Origin: Octopus vulgaris
Lineage: Eukaryota
Assembly (NCBI GenBank): GCA_951406725.2
Contig: OX597830.1
Span: 19,840,001 to 19,904,000, forward strand
Reading direction: 5' to 3'
DNA length: 64,000 nt
This document shows positions 41,106 to 55,690 of the stretch, piece by piece. The notes beneath the pieces were generated by a model. The model did not search any database and was not told where the DNA came from. It saw only the letters and a program-made list of their open reading frames with translations. Made by a program: the position numbers and the translations under genes. Within the stretch, counting starts at the first letter, position 1, and each line of letters starts with the position of its first letter.

Positions 41106-42809
41106 CACACAAAAAGACAATTTATACACACGTGTATGCATACATATACACAGGCATATATACATATACATATACATGTGCAAAGATATATATGTGTGTG
41201 TGTGAGTATGTGTGTATGTGTGTGAGCATGTGTGTGCTTGTGTGCGTTATATGTGTGTGTGTGTGAGTATGTGTGTGTGTGTGTCTCTCTCTCTATATAT
41301 ATACACATACACGCTCATATACATATATATATATGTATATATACACATATATATGTGTGTGTGTGTATGCACTACCATTACCATCGCAACCACCACCTCA
41401 CTATCTCACTCCACCATCAACACCAACACCAACACCAACATTACCATCCCTACCGCCGTCGCCGCACAACAACGACCACAACCTTCTCCTTTACTAACGC
41501 CACCACTACCACCACCGCCAATACACAACAATAACCACAACACCACCATCTCCTCCTCCTCTTCTTCCTCCTCGTCCTCCTTATCCTCGTTGACGTCCTC
41601 CTCCTGTTCCCTCTCCTCTTAGTCTCCACCACCACCACCAACATTACCAGACAATAATCTATCTACACAATCAGTTAGATTGCTATTCACTGATTGGCAA
41701 ATAATTGCCAGGGAACTACGGAAATCAAAAGTCATTAATATATACACCGCCATCGCCACCACCATCACCCCCCCCCCCCAATCACAACCATCACCACCAC
41801 CACCACCACCATCACCACCACCATCACCACTACCATCACCACTACTATCACCATCACCACTACCATTACTACTATGATCACCACCACCACCACCACCATC
41901 GCCACCACCACCACAACCACTACCACCATCACCACCACATTCATTGCCACCACCATCACTACCATCACCACCACCATCACCACTATCATTACCACCATGA
42001 TCACCACCAACACCATCACCAATACCACCATCACGAACTCCATCTCCACTACCATTTCATCTGTGATCAACTCTACCAAAAACACCATCTTTGCCATCTC
42101 CTCTTCAACCTCACCATCACCGCCAATATCATCACCCCCACCACTGCCATCATCACTACTACCACCACCACCACCACCACCACCGCTATTGACATCACTA
42201 CGACCACCATCATCATTCCCACCACAACCACCGCCATCATGACCAAAATTACCTCCACTACCATCGTCACCAGCACAACTGCCACTAAAACCACCAACCA
42301 CCACCACCACCATCGCCACCGCGTTTACCATCAGATGTTCCACCATTAACATCACCACCTCTACCAACACCTTTATCCCCATATTCCTAACCATCACCAT
42401 CCCTGCTACGACCACTACCACTCCTGCTACCGCCACCAGGAACACCAGCATCAATTCCTGATTCCCTACCACTACTGTTGCTACGACGACGACGACGACG
42501 ACGATCACCACCACCACCACCACCACCACCACCACCACCACGATGAATATCATCACCGTCACTCTCACCACCACCACCACCACAAGAATCGCAACCACCG
42601 CAATCATCAGCCCTACTAACTCGACCGCCGTTACTCTCACCGCAACCACTACCCTCCACGCCAGTACCATATCGCCATCACTACCAACACCGCCATGACT
42701 GTCACCATCCATCCATCCATTCCACTGCTACAATGACCCATACATTACCTGCAATGTCACTAACCCATCACAAACACATAAATGAATTCAGATTTTTCAG
42801 AAAAGAAAC

Positions 42810-43485
<676 letters not shown>

Positions 43486-43763
43486 TTGTATTAAAAAATA
43501 TATGTATTTTGGGATTTGCTGGCTTCACTAGGTTCTGAGATAACAGAGGGGACATACACAAGTGATCAAGCAAATAAACAGTAAAAATAGAGGCACCTAA
43601 TTTTCTTTTTGTCGTTGTCAAGATGTCGATGTTTTAGTTGCTGCTGTTGTTACTATTGCTGTCGTTGTTTCACCATGATTGAACGGAGCGTTCCGGTCAT
43701 GACCATCGCAACATTTATTCAGTCATTGCATATGTCTAATCTAATACTGCAGTATCTAATCCA

Positions 43764-43855
<92 letters not shown>

Positions 43856-43909
43856 TGTATGTATATATATATATATACATATATATATATTTATATATAT
43901 ATACATATG

Positions 43910-43995
<86 letters not shown>

Positions 43996-44329
43996 GCATA
44001 TATATAAGTATGTATATACGCACACATATACAAAGGCATATATCTATTGAATGATAATGTTGCGGAGACTCACACACAGGACTTTAAGTTTCTATGCAAT
44101 AACACGACGATCACCGTATTTCTTCACTTGACATAAGCCTAGCGACAAACACGAAAAAAACAATACACTTGAAACGATGCATGTAACATTAAAGGAAAAA
44201 CATTTAAAAGACCCCAAACATATCATTGCCCATGAGGAACCAATATGCATTGGTATTCAAACTGATTACATTTAAAGGCTGGACTTGACTTTTTTTATTA
44301 GACGTAAGAAACCAGAACCTAACTTACTG

Positions 44330-46070
44330 CTTTCAGATTTTGCCACTTTGGGAGAGGGAGCAAAAGACGATTACATCGAGCTCAGTGCTCAACTGGTACT
44401 TGGTTGATCAACCACGAAAGGATGGTAACAAAGTCGATCTCAGTGGAATTTGAACTCAGAACGTAAAGATGAACGAAATGCCGCTAAATATAAATTATTT
44501 CTAACATTTTAATGTATGGTGCATTATAAAACTGACCTAAAATTCTGTCAAATTTTGGTACAATGTCAGCAACCTTTCGGAGAATTGGTTAGTCGATTCT
44601 TGGATCCAGCACTTGACTGATATTTTATTGGGTTGTCTGGAAAGTTCGTGCCGATTTTTAAAGGAAAGGAAAAGGTCAATAAATACTTGCCAATTCATTT
44701 TTAATCAACCAAATATGAACCATTTTGTTGCACAATGAGTCTCCAACTTTCCTTTAACTTGAAAACACCCTCTTCCCAGAATTGAGGTGGTTTCACGGCA
44801 AAGAATTCATCAAGGTATCTTTTTACGTCATCCAAGGAATTGAAATTTTTACCATTAAGACTATTCTGCAGAGACATAAATAAGTGGAAATCCGAATGAG
44901 CAATATCTGGTGAATATGGACAGTGGGGTAACACATCCCAGCCAAGCTGCAACAATTTTTGTCTGGTTCCCAAAGTAGTAAGTGCCGAAAATGAGCTTTC
45001 TTATCTTCCATTTTAAAGGATTACAGAATTAACACAGGTAATAGGAACATAAACCTTCTTTCACGAAAAGATAGCTTAAACTAAATGGAGGTGTAGTCCA
45101 ATCCTATTTTATGGATTCAACCATGTTCTAAAATAAGTCGAAATTAAGCTACTATAAATAGGCACGAACTTTCCGGAGAACCCAATATTTTATCGATAAA
45201 AGGCAAAGAGTTGAGAAATTCCGCTGAACATTTTTTCAGACTTACTACCGATTCTGCTAGCTCGCCGCACTAACAATCTTTTCTGCTATAAAGCACAAGG
45301 CGCGAAATTTTGGTGAAGGTCATCTAGTCGAGTGCATCGACCGTAGTGCTTCACTGGTACTTAATTTATCGACCGCAAAGGGATAAAAGGTGAAGTCGGT
45401 CTTTGTTGTATTTGAACTCAGAACTAAAAGGCAGACGAAAAGCGATTGTGGCAGAAAACTACATTAATAATGATAATAACCCTTTCTACTATAAGCTAAA
45501 GACCTGAAAATTTTGGAGGGGGGGGGTTAGTCGATCATGTCGACCCCAGTGTTTCATTGGTACTTACTTCATCGACCTCGAAAGGATGGAAGGCAAAATC
45601 GACCTCAGCGGAATTTGAACTCATTACAAAAATGACAGAAGAGACCGCTATTTTGTCCGGCGTGCTAACGATTGTACCACAAAACTAGCATTAATAATAA
45701 TAATAGTAATGATGATGTTGGTGATGATGATGATGATGATGATGATGATAATAATTATAATAATAATCCTTTTCTTCTATAGGGGAAGGAGTAAGCTGAT
45801 TACAAAGACCACGGCAGCATTTGAACTCAGAACGTGGAGACAGACGAAAATACCTATTTCTTTACTACCCACAAGGGGCTAAACACAGAGGGGACAAACA
45901 AGGACAGACAAACGGATTAAGTCGATTCCATCGACCCCACTGCGTAACTGGTACTTAATTTATCAACCCCGAAAGGATGAAAGGCAAAGTCGATCTCGGC
46001 GGAATGTGAATTCAAATCAGAGCGACAGGCGCTAAACACTTCGCCTGGCGTGCTAATGACTCTGCCAGCT
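44330..46070 (-). mobile_element. Cluster of at least five SINE family B copies or fragments, all on the minus strand
   Basis: Repeated GAAAGGATGAAAGGCAAAGTCGA..TTTGAACTCAG motifs at about 44410, 45200, 45380, 45580 and 45970. Confidence 0.8.
44628..45185 (-). mobile_element. Internally deleted mariner (DD34D-type) with both TIRs and TA TSD, nested in a SINE B
   Basis: TA|TTGGGTTGTCTGGAAAGTTCGTGCCGATTT..AAATAGGCACGAACTTTCCGGAGAACCCAA|TA. N-terminal MEDKKAHFRHLLL is joined to C-terminal LGWDVLPHCPYSPDIAHSDFHLF. Confidence 0.95.
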
Positions 46071-46138
<68 letters not shown>

Positions 46139-46141
<3 letters not shown>

Positions 46142-46529
46142 GCCCTGATGCATTACCAGGCAGTGGCTCGCGTGGCTTCTGATCCTAACTGATTGGAAGT
46201 GTTGTCATGTACATTGTTTTGTCTTGGTATAAAAGATGGGCTACAGCAAATGTTCTGCTCAATACCACAGATTTGTTTGTCAGCTGTTTGACATTAACTA
46301 GTTGAGCATGTCCCTTAGTGGCTGACGATATGTGCATCTCTGATCACAAGCAGAAGTAGTGGGGGAGCATCATAGCCATGTGTTGATATGAGATCACCAT
46401 GTCGCGCACAAATAGTTGTGATGCATGTGCCTAGTGTATCCTTATCAGACGGGTAGTCATGATGGGTACACTGGGCTTCGCATATTTTACTCCAGTGTCA
46501 CTTTGATGACATGCACTGCTCTCTCACTC
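46139..46529 (+). mobile_element. ~556-bp (TAA)n element, internally deleted copy
   Basis: Same ends as copies 1 and 2. The internal deletion of about 165 bp has TTGA microhomology at the junction. Confidence 0.9.
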
Positions 46530-46625
<96 letters not shown>

Positions 46626-46704
46626 TTAGAATAATTATTTAGAATAAAAATATTACTCATGGAGAGCTAAGCTATGCTAGATCATAGACATAGCATGCCA
46701 AGCT

Positions 46705-47025
46705 GACAACAAGGTATGCGATAAGGAAGAAAGGTAAGTCGAGAGATAGGTTAGTTTGGGAAGTTAAGCAGTTGTGGTCGATGAAAAGGGTAGCAGTAGT
46801 ACCAATAACTGTCGGAGCCCTGGGAACAGTGAATAAAAATCTCGAAATGTACGTGGAACGAATAGGGGCTGCAATAAAGGTGGAGTACTTGCAGAAAACA
46901 GCACTGCTTGGAACCGCTCGTATACTCCGGAAGGTGCTCGAAAAATAAGAGGTGTTACCTTAGTTCACTGGTAGTGAGCAGCTGACACTGTAGTACATCT
47001 CCAGTGTTAGAAGCTGTGCAAAGGC
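46705..47025 (+). mobile_element. R4/Dong-type non-LTR element 3' end (lineage 4)
   Basis: EVKQLWSMKRVAVVPITVGALGTV..LQKTALLGTARILRKVLEK* (stop at 46946-46948), short 3' UTR, then (TAA)n. Confidence 0.88.
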
Positions 47026-47104
<79 letters not shown>

Positions 47105-47327
47105 GTTTTAACTTTTGGAACGAGGCCAGTAATGTTAAGGTAGGGTGTTATCCTATTACATCGACGTTAATGTTCAATCTTGGTTTTTTAGTTTATCGAC
47201 CCATAAAGGATGAAAGGTGAAGTTTACATGGACGAGATTAGAGCTTAGAACGTAAAGAGCCGGAAGAAACGTTGTTAAATTATTTGTCCGGCGCCCTAGC
47301 ACTAATGATTCTTCCAGCTCACCACCT
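47105..47327 (-). mobile_element. SINE family B, decayed
   Basis: Ends CCAGCTCACCACC on the plus strand and contains TTTATCGACCC..AAAGGATGAAAGG. Confidence 0.75.
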
Positions 47328-48559
47328 TCACAAAGTCAAACAGTAACAATATGCGTTGATAAATACACACACACATTCAACACACACATACGCACACACA
47401 CACACACACATGCGCAACAGACATACACACAGGGTCACATAGAGGCACACATACATACACACACACACATGCGCGCACATGTACCGACGCACACACAAAC
47501 ACACACCGTCACACACAGGTACACACGCGCGAGTACACGTACTCATGCACATGCAAACACACACACGCGCACACACATATACACGCGCATGCGCATACAC
47601 GCGCTATCTGTCCATGAGTAATATTTTTATTCTAAATAATTCAAAGACGCTATCCACATGAAATTTTTGTTAAAAAATATGGAAATAACTCTATTGATTA
47701 ACACAGTTATTTTCCCCACACCCCCGCATATTTATTTGGAATTCAAAATAATTTATTCTACTTTGTGAACTTTTGGTATTTATTTCTTGTTTTTGTTTTT
47801 ATATTCATAGCATTAAATATGTTAATACAAATTTGAATAATTTTTTTTAATGCAAATGGTGTCTCTGAATAGCTTATTCTCCAAACAATTGTATTCTCTA
47901 CGCCAACAAATGTACATTTATTTGGTAATTAGAGACTCATTCATCACAACGCCGAAAACTATGCTCCGCTGATGAGAGCAGAATAATACTGAAACTTTGC
48001 CCCTTCATGCTAGAAAAATAAAAATAACTGTTTTCAACAAATAACATTTTCTACTGCTTCTCATCACTTATTTATTTTTAGTTAGTTTTGTTTGATATTG
48101 CCTAAATTAAACATATTAAGATTAACCTCCTTCTTGTTTTTCCACCACTCACTGAAGCATTTAACCAAAGGAATAACAACAGAAATCTAGCAAGATTCAG
48201 AAATCCTTTAGATTCTTTCTAATTCTGGTACAATTCCAGTAATTTTGAGAGAAAGGGGCAAGTCGATTATGTTGCCCCTTCCTCAGTACATGAGTGGTAC
48301 TTATTTTATCAGTCCCGAAGGAACCGAAGGCAAAGTCTACCACGACAGATTATGGAACCAGAACGTAAAGATCCAGAAGAAAGTGCAGCTACGCAATTTG
48401 TTCGGCGCGCTTAAAGAGTGCGTGCTCGTTGTCTTGGAAATCTCTTAAATTGAAAGGTTTGTTAAAGGCCTTCTCTGAATCAATTTCTGCAACAGCTGTT
48501 CACTCATTTCCAATTCTGGCGCCATTTTGTCGCCTATAACAGCATTCTACCAAACATTA

Positions 48560-48710
48560 TTTGACCATGACAGGGGAAAGTTGTCATGGTAATAATTGCT
48601 CAGAGGCCTGCGCAAAGTTGCAGAAAGTGTATGGAGAAGAGTGTAAGAGCCGCACACAAGTGTACGTGGGGTTCAGACGTTTCCAAAATGGCTGAAAAAA
48701 TGTTAATCTT
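48560..48710 (+). mobile_element. Mariner N-terminal fragment duplicating 49170-49320
   Basis: CSEACAKLQKVYGEECKSRTQVYVGFRRFQNG. Shares the same small deletion after the start codon as the 49175 copy. Confidence 0.85.
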
Positions 48711-49149
48711 TTCTTCGATCTTAGTGTGAAGAAGTAAAAATAAAGGAAATGACTAAACCACCCATGACCGGGTGGTCAAAGAGTTTGCTTTTCAACTATA
48801 TGGTCCCACGTTCGATCTCACTGTCCAATACCGTGGAAGAGTATATTCTATCAAAGCCTTATAAAGGAAATCTGAGAGAGGGAAGTATTGTGGAAACTCA
48901 TCAGAGAAACAGTTCATGCTCTTAAGTGAAACTATTCTTTTATCAAGTTGAAATGCTCTGATTTCCAGTATTCAGAGTTGCTCACTTCTGATCGTCTGTT
49001 GGTAAACCGAGACTGGTTTTCTTTTGAAATATCCAGTGCCTGAACATGTTTAGAAATATGGAATGACGGTTTGAAGAAAGCGCTTATCCTTATGTTCTTT
49101 CGTTTAAAAACCTTTGTGAACGACACCTGCGAAAAAAGAAAACATAGTG

Positions 49150-49876
49150 ATAAGCGTGTGATCGTCGCATTGACTATGACAGGGAAAGTTGTCATGGTAA
49201 TACTTGCTCAGAGGCCTGCGCAAAGTTGCAGAAAGTGTATGGAGAGGAGTGTATGAACCGCACACAAGTATTCGAGTGGTTAAGATGTTTCCAAAATGGC
49301 CGAAAAAATGTCGATATTGATAAACTTTCTGGGAGACCCGCAACCAGCAGAACTGAGAAAAACATCGCAGATGTGCGCACAGCTGTGAGGGGAAATCGTT
49401 GAGTTACCATCCGTGAGTTATCACAGCATATACAGATTAGTTACGGTTCAGTTCATTCCCTTATCGCTAAAGATTTGGCTATGGAAGGCGTGTTTGCCAA
49501 GTTTGTGTCAAAACTGCTTTCAGCTGATCAATAAGACACTCGGGTTTCAGTTACACAAGATCTCCTTGATTGTGTCAAGAACGATGAGAACTTTTTGAAA
49601 ACTTTGGGTAGGTCTCTGAGCAGGTATCGCCGAGCTTTTGGGAAAATTTAATACAGATTCTCTGCTCAGCTTTCTCCGTCATAGTCAATGCGACGATCAC
49701 ACGCTACATACCTTCCTTCCAAGCACTGCTATAAACAGTAGAAGTGAGCTAGAACGTTAAAACCTAGTGCGCATGCACTGCAGAGTTCAAGATCAATCTG
49801 TGCTAAGTGGCTTCACTATGCGTGCTTTGGCTTCGTTACTATGGCAAACGTCCGGATACTTATTGATCAGACTACG
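49150..49876. mobile_element. Mariner derivative made of two converging left ends
   Basis: Plus strand: LQKVYGEECMNRTQVFEW..SGRPATSRT..VTIRELS..AKFVSKLLS. Minus strand: TA|CGTAGTCTGATCAATAAGTATCCGGAC..MTEKAEQRICIKF. A perfect 28-bp inverted match lies at 49153-49180 / 49678-49705. Confidence 0.88.
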
Positions 49877-50011
49877 TATACATTCAAAGATAGAAACTCA
49901 CAAACACACACACCGAAGTGCGTAAGATTGTCCGCTTTTCATACACTAGAAAATACTTAATTTTAACTGAAATTTAATTCTCACATTGAACATTATCCAC
50001 AGAATAGATAC

Positions 50012-50052
<41 letters not shown>

Positions 50053-50130
50053 AAAACAGACAGACAGACATACAGACAGACAGACAGACAGATAGATAGA
50101 TAGATAGATTGATAGATAGATAGATTGACG

Positions 50131-50202
<72 letters not shown>

Positions 50203-50286
50203 TACATACAAAGACAGATATAAAGATGAATAGATGGATAGATAGATAGAACGACAGATTGAGAGGAAGTGTGTGTATGTGTATGC

Positions 50287-50325
<39 letters not shown>

Positions 50326-50709
50326 GTTGGGGAAAACAATTATGCTACCCTGTTACCGGAAGAAAAAAAATATAAACGGAAGTGACGTGGCAAGTGAATG
50401 GCTGTTACAAAAGCTCTATATTATATGTATAGTGAAAGTCAATCATATGGACAAACTGTCTTGCCAATCATTAACCAAGACAAGTGGCCAAGAAGACAAA
50501 CGGGCTAGTTTGGTACAGACGTACATTCGTACAGAAGACAGATACAGACAGACAGATACCGACATGAATACGCAGACGACTTGATGAAACGGATGAGCGG
50601 ACGGACGGATAGACAGACAAGCAGACAGACAGACAGCTTGATAAACAAACAGGTAGATAGAAAAAGAGACAGACGTCTTGATGGACAGGCGGATCATTAC
50701 AAAAGAGAG

Positions 50710-50747
<38 letters not shown>

Positions 50748-50950
50748 TGAGAGGAGATGTAGAGAGAGAGAGAGAGAGGGGAGAAAGGGGTGAGGGGCAA
50801 ACTGAAAAGACGTATAAATGAGGGTCTTTAAAGTCAAAACAACAATCATCTTCATTCTACCATCGTTCCACCTGTACCTCCTACTCTTCTTCTTCAACCA
50901 TCATCGTTGCCACTACCACCGTCATCCCCATTTCTTCCTCTTCTTCCTTG

Positions 50951-50996
<46 letters not shown>

Positions 50997-52595
50997 GATA
51001 ACTCCATCGTTGAAGAAGAGACTTAATGAGTTTGTCTTCGAGAATCATCAGCTATCGTTACAGCCTTTATTTAAAACCAGTGACGCCATCGCTTTCGCTT
51101 CACATCGCTCTTAAGCCATTGCCTCTCCCCAACATCCCTGCTACACCACCACCACACCACCATCACCACCACACTACCATCACATACCACCACCACCACC
51201 ACCACCAACACCACCACCATAAACCCCACCACCACCACCACTACTACCACCCTCAACACTATGAGCCCCTACTATCACCACCATCACCACCATTATCACC
51301 ACCACTACTACCACCTTCACCATTATTACTACCACTATTATCACCACCACCACCACAACCACCAATACAACCGCTATCATCACAACCACCACCTGAACCG
51401 TCACCACCACAACCACCATCATCACAACCACTCCTATCACAGCCATCATCACGACAACCATTCTTACAATCACCGCCACCGCCGGCACCACCATCATCAA
51501 TACCACTACCACCATCACCACCATTATCGCCACCACTACTACCACCCTCACCATTATGACAACCTCTATCATCACCAACACCACAACCACCAATACAACC
51601 ACTATCATCACAACCACCACCGCAACCGTCACCACCACCACCACAACCACCATCATCACAACCACCACCACAACCACCATCATCACAACCATCACTATCA
51701 CAGCCATCATCTCGACAACCATCCTTACAATCACCGCCACCACCGCCACCACCATCAATATCACCACCACCGACACCATCATCACCATCACAATGGCAAT
51801 CGTAACAACAATCCCAACGCCACCACCAGTACCACCATAACAACCACCACCAATAGCGGCAGCAGCACCACCACCACCACCACCACCACCACCACCACCA
51901 CCACCACCACTGCCACCAGCAGCACCACTACGACAATCTTTATCCACACCCACAACTCTTGTCACCATAATCACCATCACCACCAACATCACAAGTTTGC
52001 CACTATATAGTCACTCGACTTGTTAAACATAGCAGCTAAAATCTCTCTGAAATAGCAACTCTCTTAAACGACGAAAGAGATTTATGTTATAACCATGATA
52101 CATAAGGAATTGCTATGACGCAGGATGACTCGAGATGGTAACCTTTACCATTACTTTTATATATATTCTCTCTGGACAAGAACATATGTATGTAAATATA
52201 TCTATGTATGCTTCAATGTAAGTATAGACGTACATACACATATGTGCCCTGGGTATGACCTAAAAGTGCGTCTTGTAGTGGGTTTCTGACTCGAGAGATC
52301 CAGTTGTTTCTAGGTCTAATCTGACCTGGAGAAACAACACCTGTCAGGGTCTCAGTTACAGGCCAACTAGCATTTCATCTGATAGCGGGACGCAGAAATA
52401 CCTTTGGTGGTGTTTGGGCGTAAAAAAAAGGGTAAAGTTACCTTCCCGAGTCATATTGAATCTCAAAGAGCCGGTTTCCCTATATTCCCCAACTGCACTT
52501 TCAGACATACACGCACCTACACACACAAGGAGACACATACGTTTGCCAGTGCATGTGTGAATTTGTGTGTGAGTTTCTCTGTGTGTGTATGTAGA

Positions 52596-52673
<78 letters not shown>

Positions 52674-52699
52674 ATTGCTGTTGGCTAGAAACTGTTTTA

Positions 52700-53020
52700 A
52701 CCACTTTCATTTCAACCTGTTCGTATTCGCTAACCATTCGCTTATTCGCTTCGTTAGTCTAAAACGTAGCTATAAATATTTTCCTAGGTTTGAAGACAAA
52801 GAAAAGTATTCTGAAGTTTCGGTCACACATGCAGCCATCTTCAGAGAGGCGGTACGAAGTTAGAGTATTCTTTAACGAATAAGTATATTACGGCTTGACC
52901 AACTAATACAGATTGGATTAAGGGGTGGATATTAAATTGTGATTGGTCGAAAGTTAGTAAGTTTTGATTGGTTGTTGTGTAGTAGGTGTGGTCAAACTGT
53001 GAAAAACGGCAGAGTTAGTT
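52700..53020 (-). mobile_element. Probable Penelope-like pLTR remnant with a degenerate hammerhead (about 52809-52846)
   Basis: Minus strand TCT-CTGAAGA-T-GGC(tgcatgtgt)GACC-GAAA-CT-TC-AGA, with several CCAATC motifs upstream. Confidence 0.55.
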
Positions 53021-53468
53021 GTTTATATTATATATTTATGTGTTTTATATGAACTGCATATTTCCATATTTTGAGAGAAAAATGATCGGTTGAAAAACAT
53101 CTCCCCCATCCCCAATATATGCATGTATATTTGTATATATGTATGTATGTAAGTATGTATGTATGCATGTATATGTGAATGCATATATGTAAGTATACAC
53201 ACACACACACACATATATATATATATGTATATATATTTATATATATATATATATATATATAAATATATATATATATACATGCATATGTAAGTCTATATAT
53301 ATATATGTATATATATATATATGTATGTATATATATATGAATGTGAGTGTATATATGATCGTTGGTAGCTAGGAAAGTAGGAGTTTGTTATGCATGTATG
53401 CATGCGTATATCTATATATGTAGGCATGCATAGAGATAAATACACACGTTACTATGATGTGATATGAA

Positions 53469-53512
<44 letters not shown>

Positions 53513-53562
53513 GTACATATATATATATATATACATATATATATATGTAAATATATATATGC

Positions 53563-53645
<83 letters not shown>

Positions 53646-54151
53646 CATACATACATACATACGTACATATATATAAAGATATATATATATATATATTTGG
53701 AAGTATATATGTCTATATACCTACCTACATACATGTGGATATTCGTATACATATATTCATACACATAGTCATACACACCCAAACATGCAAACATGCATAT
53801 ACATACATACATACATACATATACACATATGTGTGTGTATGCATGAGTGTTAATTGGATGTCTGAATGGATTCATAAAATATGACCAGTATCTTATCAGT
53901 GTTACATAATTTAATTGGTTATTAACTATAATTTGTTAAAATAAAGTCGATTTCTTCTTATTAATTGGAAGTTGACTGTTAGTTTTCTACATTTATGATT
54001 TAATACATACATACAAACATACACACACACACACACGTATATATGAACATATATATATACATGCACACACATATAATATATAATAATTTAAACAATTGCA
54101 TATATATATATATCCATATATACATAAAATATATATTTATGCATAAATATA

Positions 54152-54193
<42 letters not shown>

Positions 54194-54268
54194 CAATATA
54201 TTTATATATAATTTATATTTAATATATGTATATATGCATTAAAATATGTATATATGCATTTATATATA

Positions 54269-54352
<84 letters not shown>

Positions 54353-54967
54353 TATACATATACATATACATATGCAAACACGCACACACATACACACACA
54401 CATAGAATCAGTTCGACTTATAATTGTTTGTTTCTGGTTGTTGGTGGGACTTTTACGGTACTAATAAGAAACCAATCACTTATGATATTTTCTTGTTCTG
54501 TCATTAATTTTAATGATGAACTTCGTATCTTTCTCAAATATTTCTATCTCGTTTGATTATGAGGATGTCCAAATATACGACCTTATTGGCCTTTTTCATT
54601 GCGTCTGCATAATCAGTTTCCACGAACGAGGGCGTAGATTTTAGCCTAAAGCAGTAATTTTTGTGCAGTTATTGATAACCATTTAAAAAAAATTATATTT
54701 TATGTTTTATATTTTATCTTTCATTTATTCAGTCATCAGACTGTGGCCATGCTGCGGCATCGCCTTGAAGGGGTTTAGACGAGGAAATCGCCCCAGTTCG
54801 ATATATTTTGAAAGTCTAGTGCCTATTCTATTAGCCTCTTTTGCTGAACTGCTCATTTCACGAGTACGTAAACAAAGCAACATCGGTTGTCAAGCAGCGT
54901 TGGGGGACAAAGAGATGCAGGTTCACACCCAAATACATGCATATATATATACATACATACATATACT

Positions 54968-55383
54968 CTTACTCTTTTACTCTTTTACTTGTTTCAGTCA
55001 TTTGACTGCGGCCATGCTGAAGCACCGCCTTTAATCGAGCAACTCGACCCCGGGACTTATTCTTTTGTAAGCCCTAGTACTTATTCTATCGGTCTCTTTT
55101 GCCGAACCACTAGGTAACGGGGACATAAACATACCAGCATCGGTTGTCAAGCAATGCTAGGGGGACAAACACAGACACACAAACACACACACGCATACAT
55201 ATATATATATATATATACATATATACGACGGGCTTCTTTTAGTTTCCGTCTACCAAATCCACTCACAAGGCTTTGGTCGGCCCGAGGCTATAGCAGAAGA
55301 CACTTGCCCAAGGTCCCACGCAGTGGGACTGAACCCGGAACCATGTGGTTGGTAAACAAACTACTTACCACACAGCCACTCCT
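54968..55383 (-). mobile_element. SINE family A, near full length
   Basis: Reverse complement of the 6164-6598 sequence. A decayed 3' module lies at about 54700-54930. Confidence 0.9.
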
Positions 55384-55392
55384 ATCTATCTA

Positions 55393-55558
<166 letters not shown>

Positions 55559-55604
55559 AGGGAAGAAATGGAGCCGAACGAAGATTCTACAAAATTCCTT
55601 TATT

Positions 55605-55690
55605 ATTTTCTACACATGTTTCAAAGGCTGCAAAATCCCAAATTCGGATTGAATAAGGAGACCATTCTGCAGCTTTCTCTTCAGGAAAAT
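55605..55690 (-). ncRNA. Type-I hammerhead ribozyme with intact core and extended stem II
   Basis: ATTTTC-CTGAAGA-GAAAGCTGCAGAAT(27-nt loop)ATTTTGCAGCCTTT-GAAA-CATGTG-TA-GAAAAT: 6-bp stem I, 14-position stem II with one mismatch and GUA site. Confidence 0.85.
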
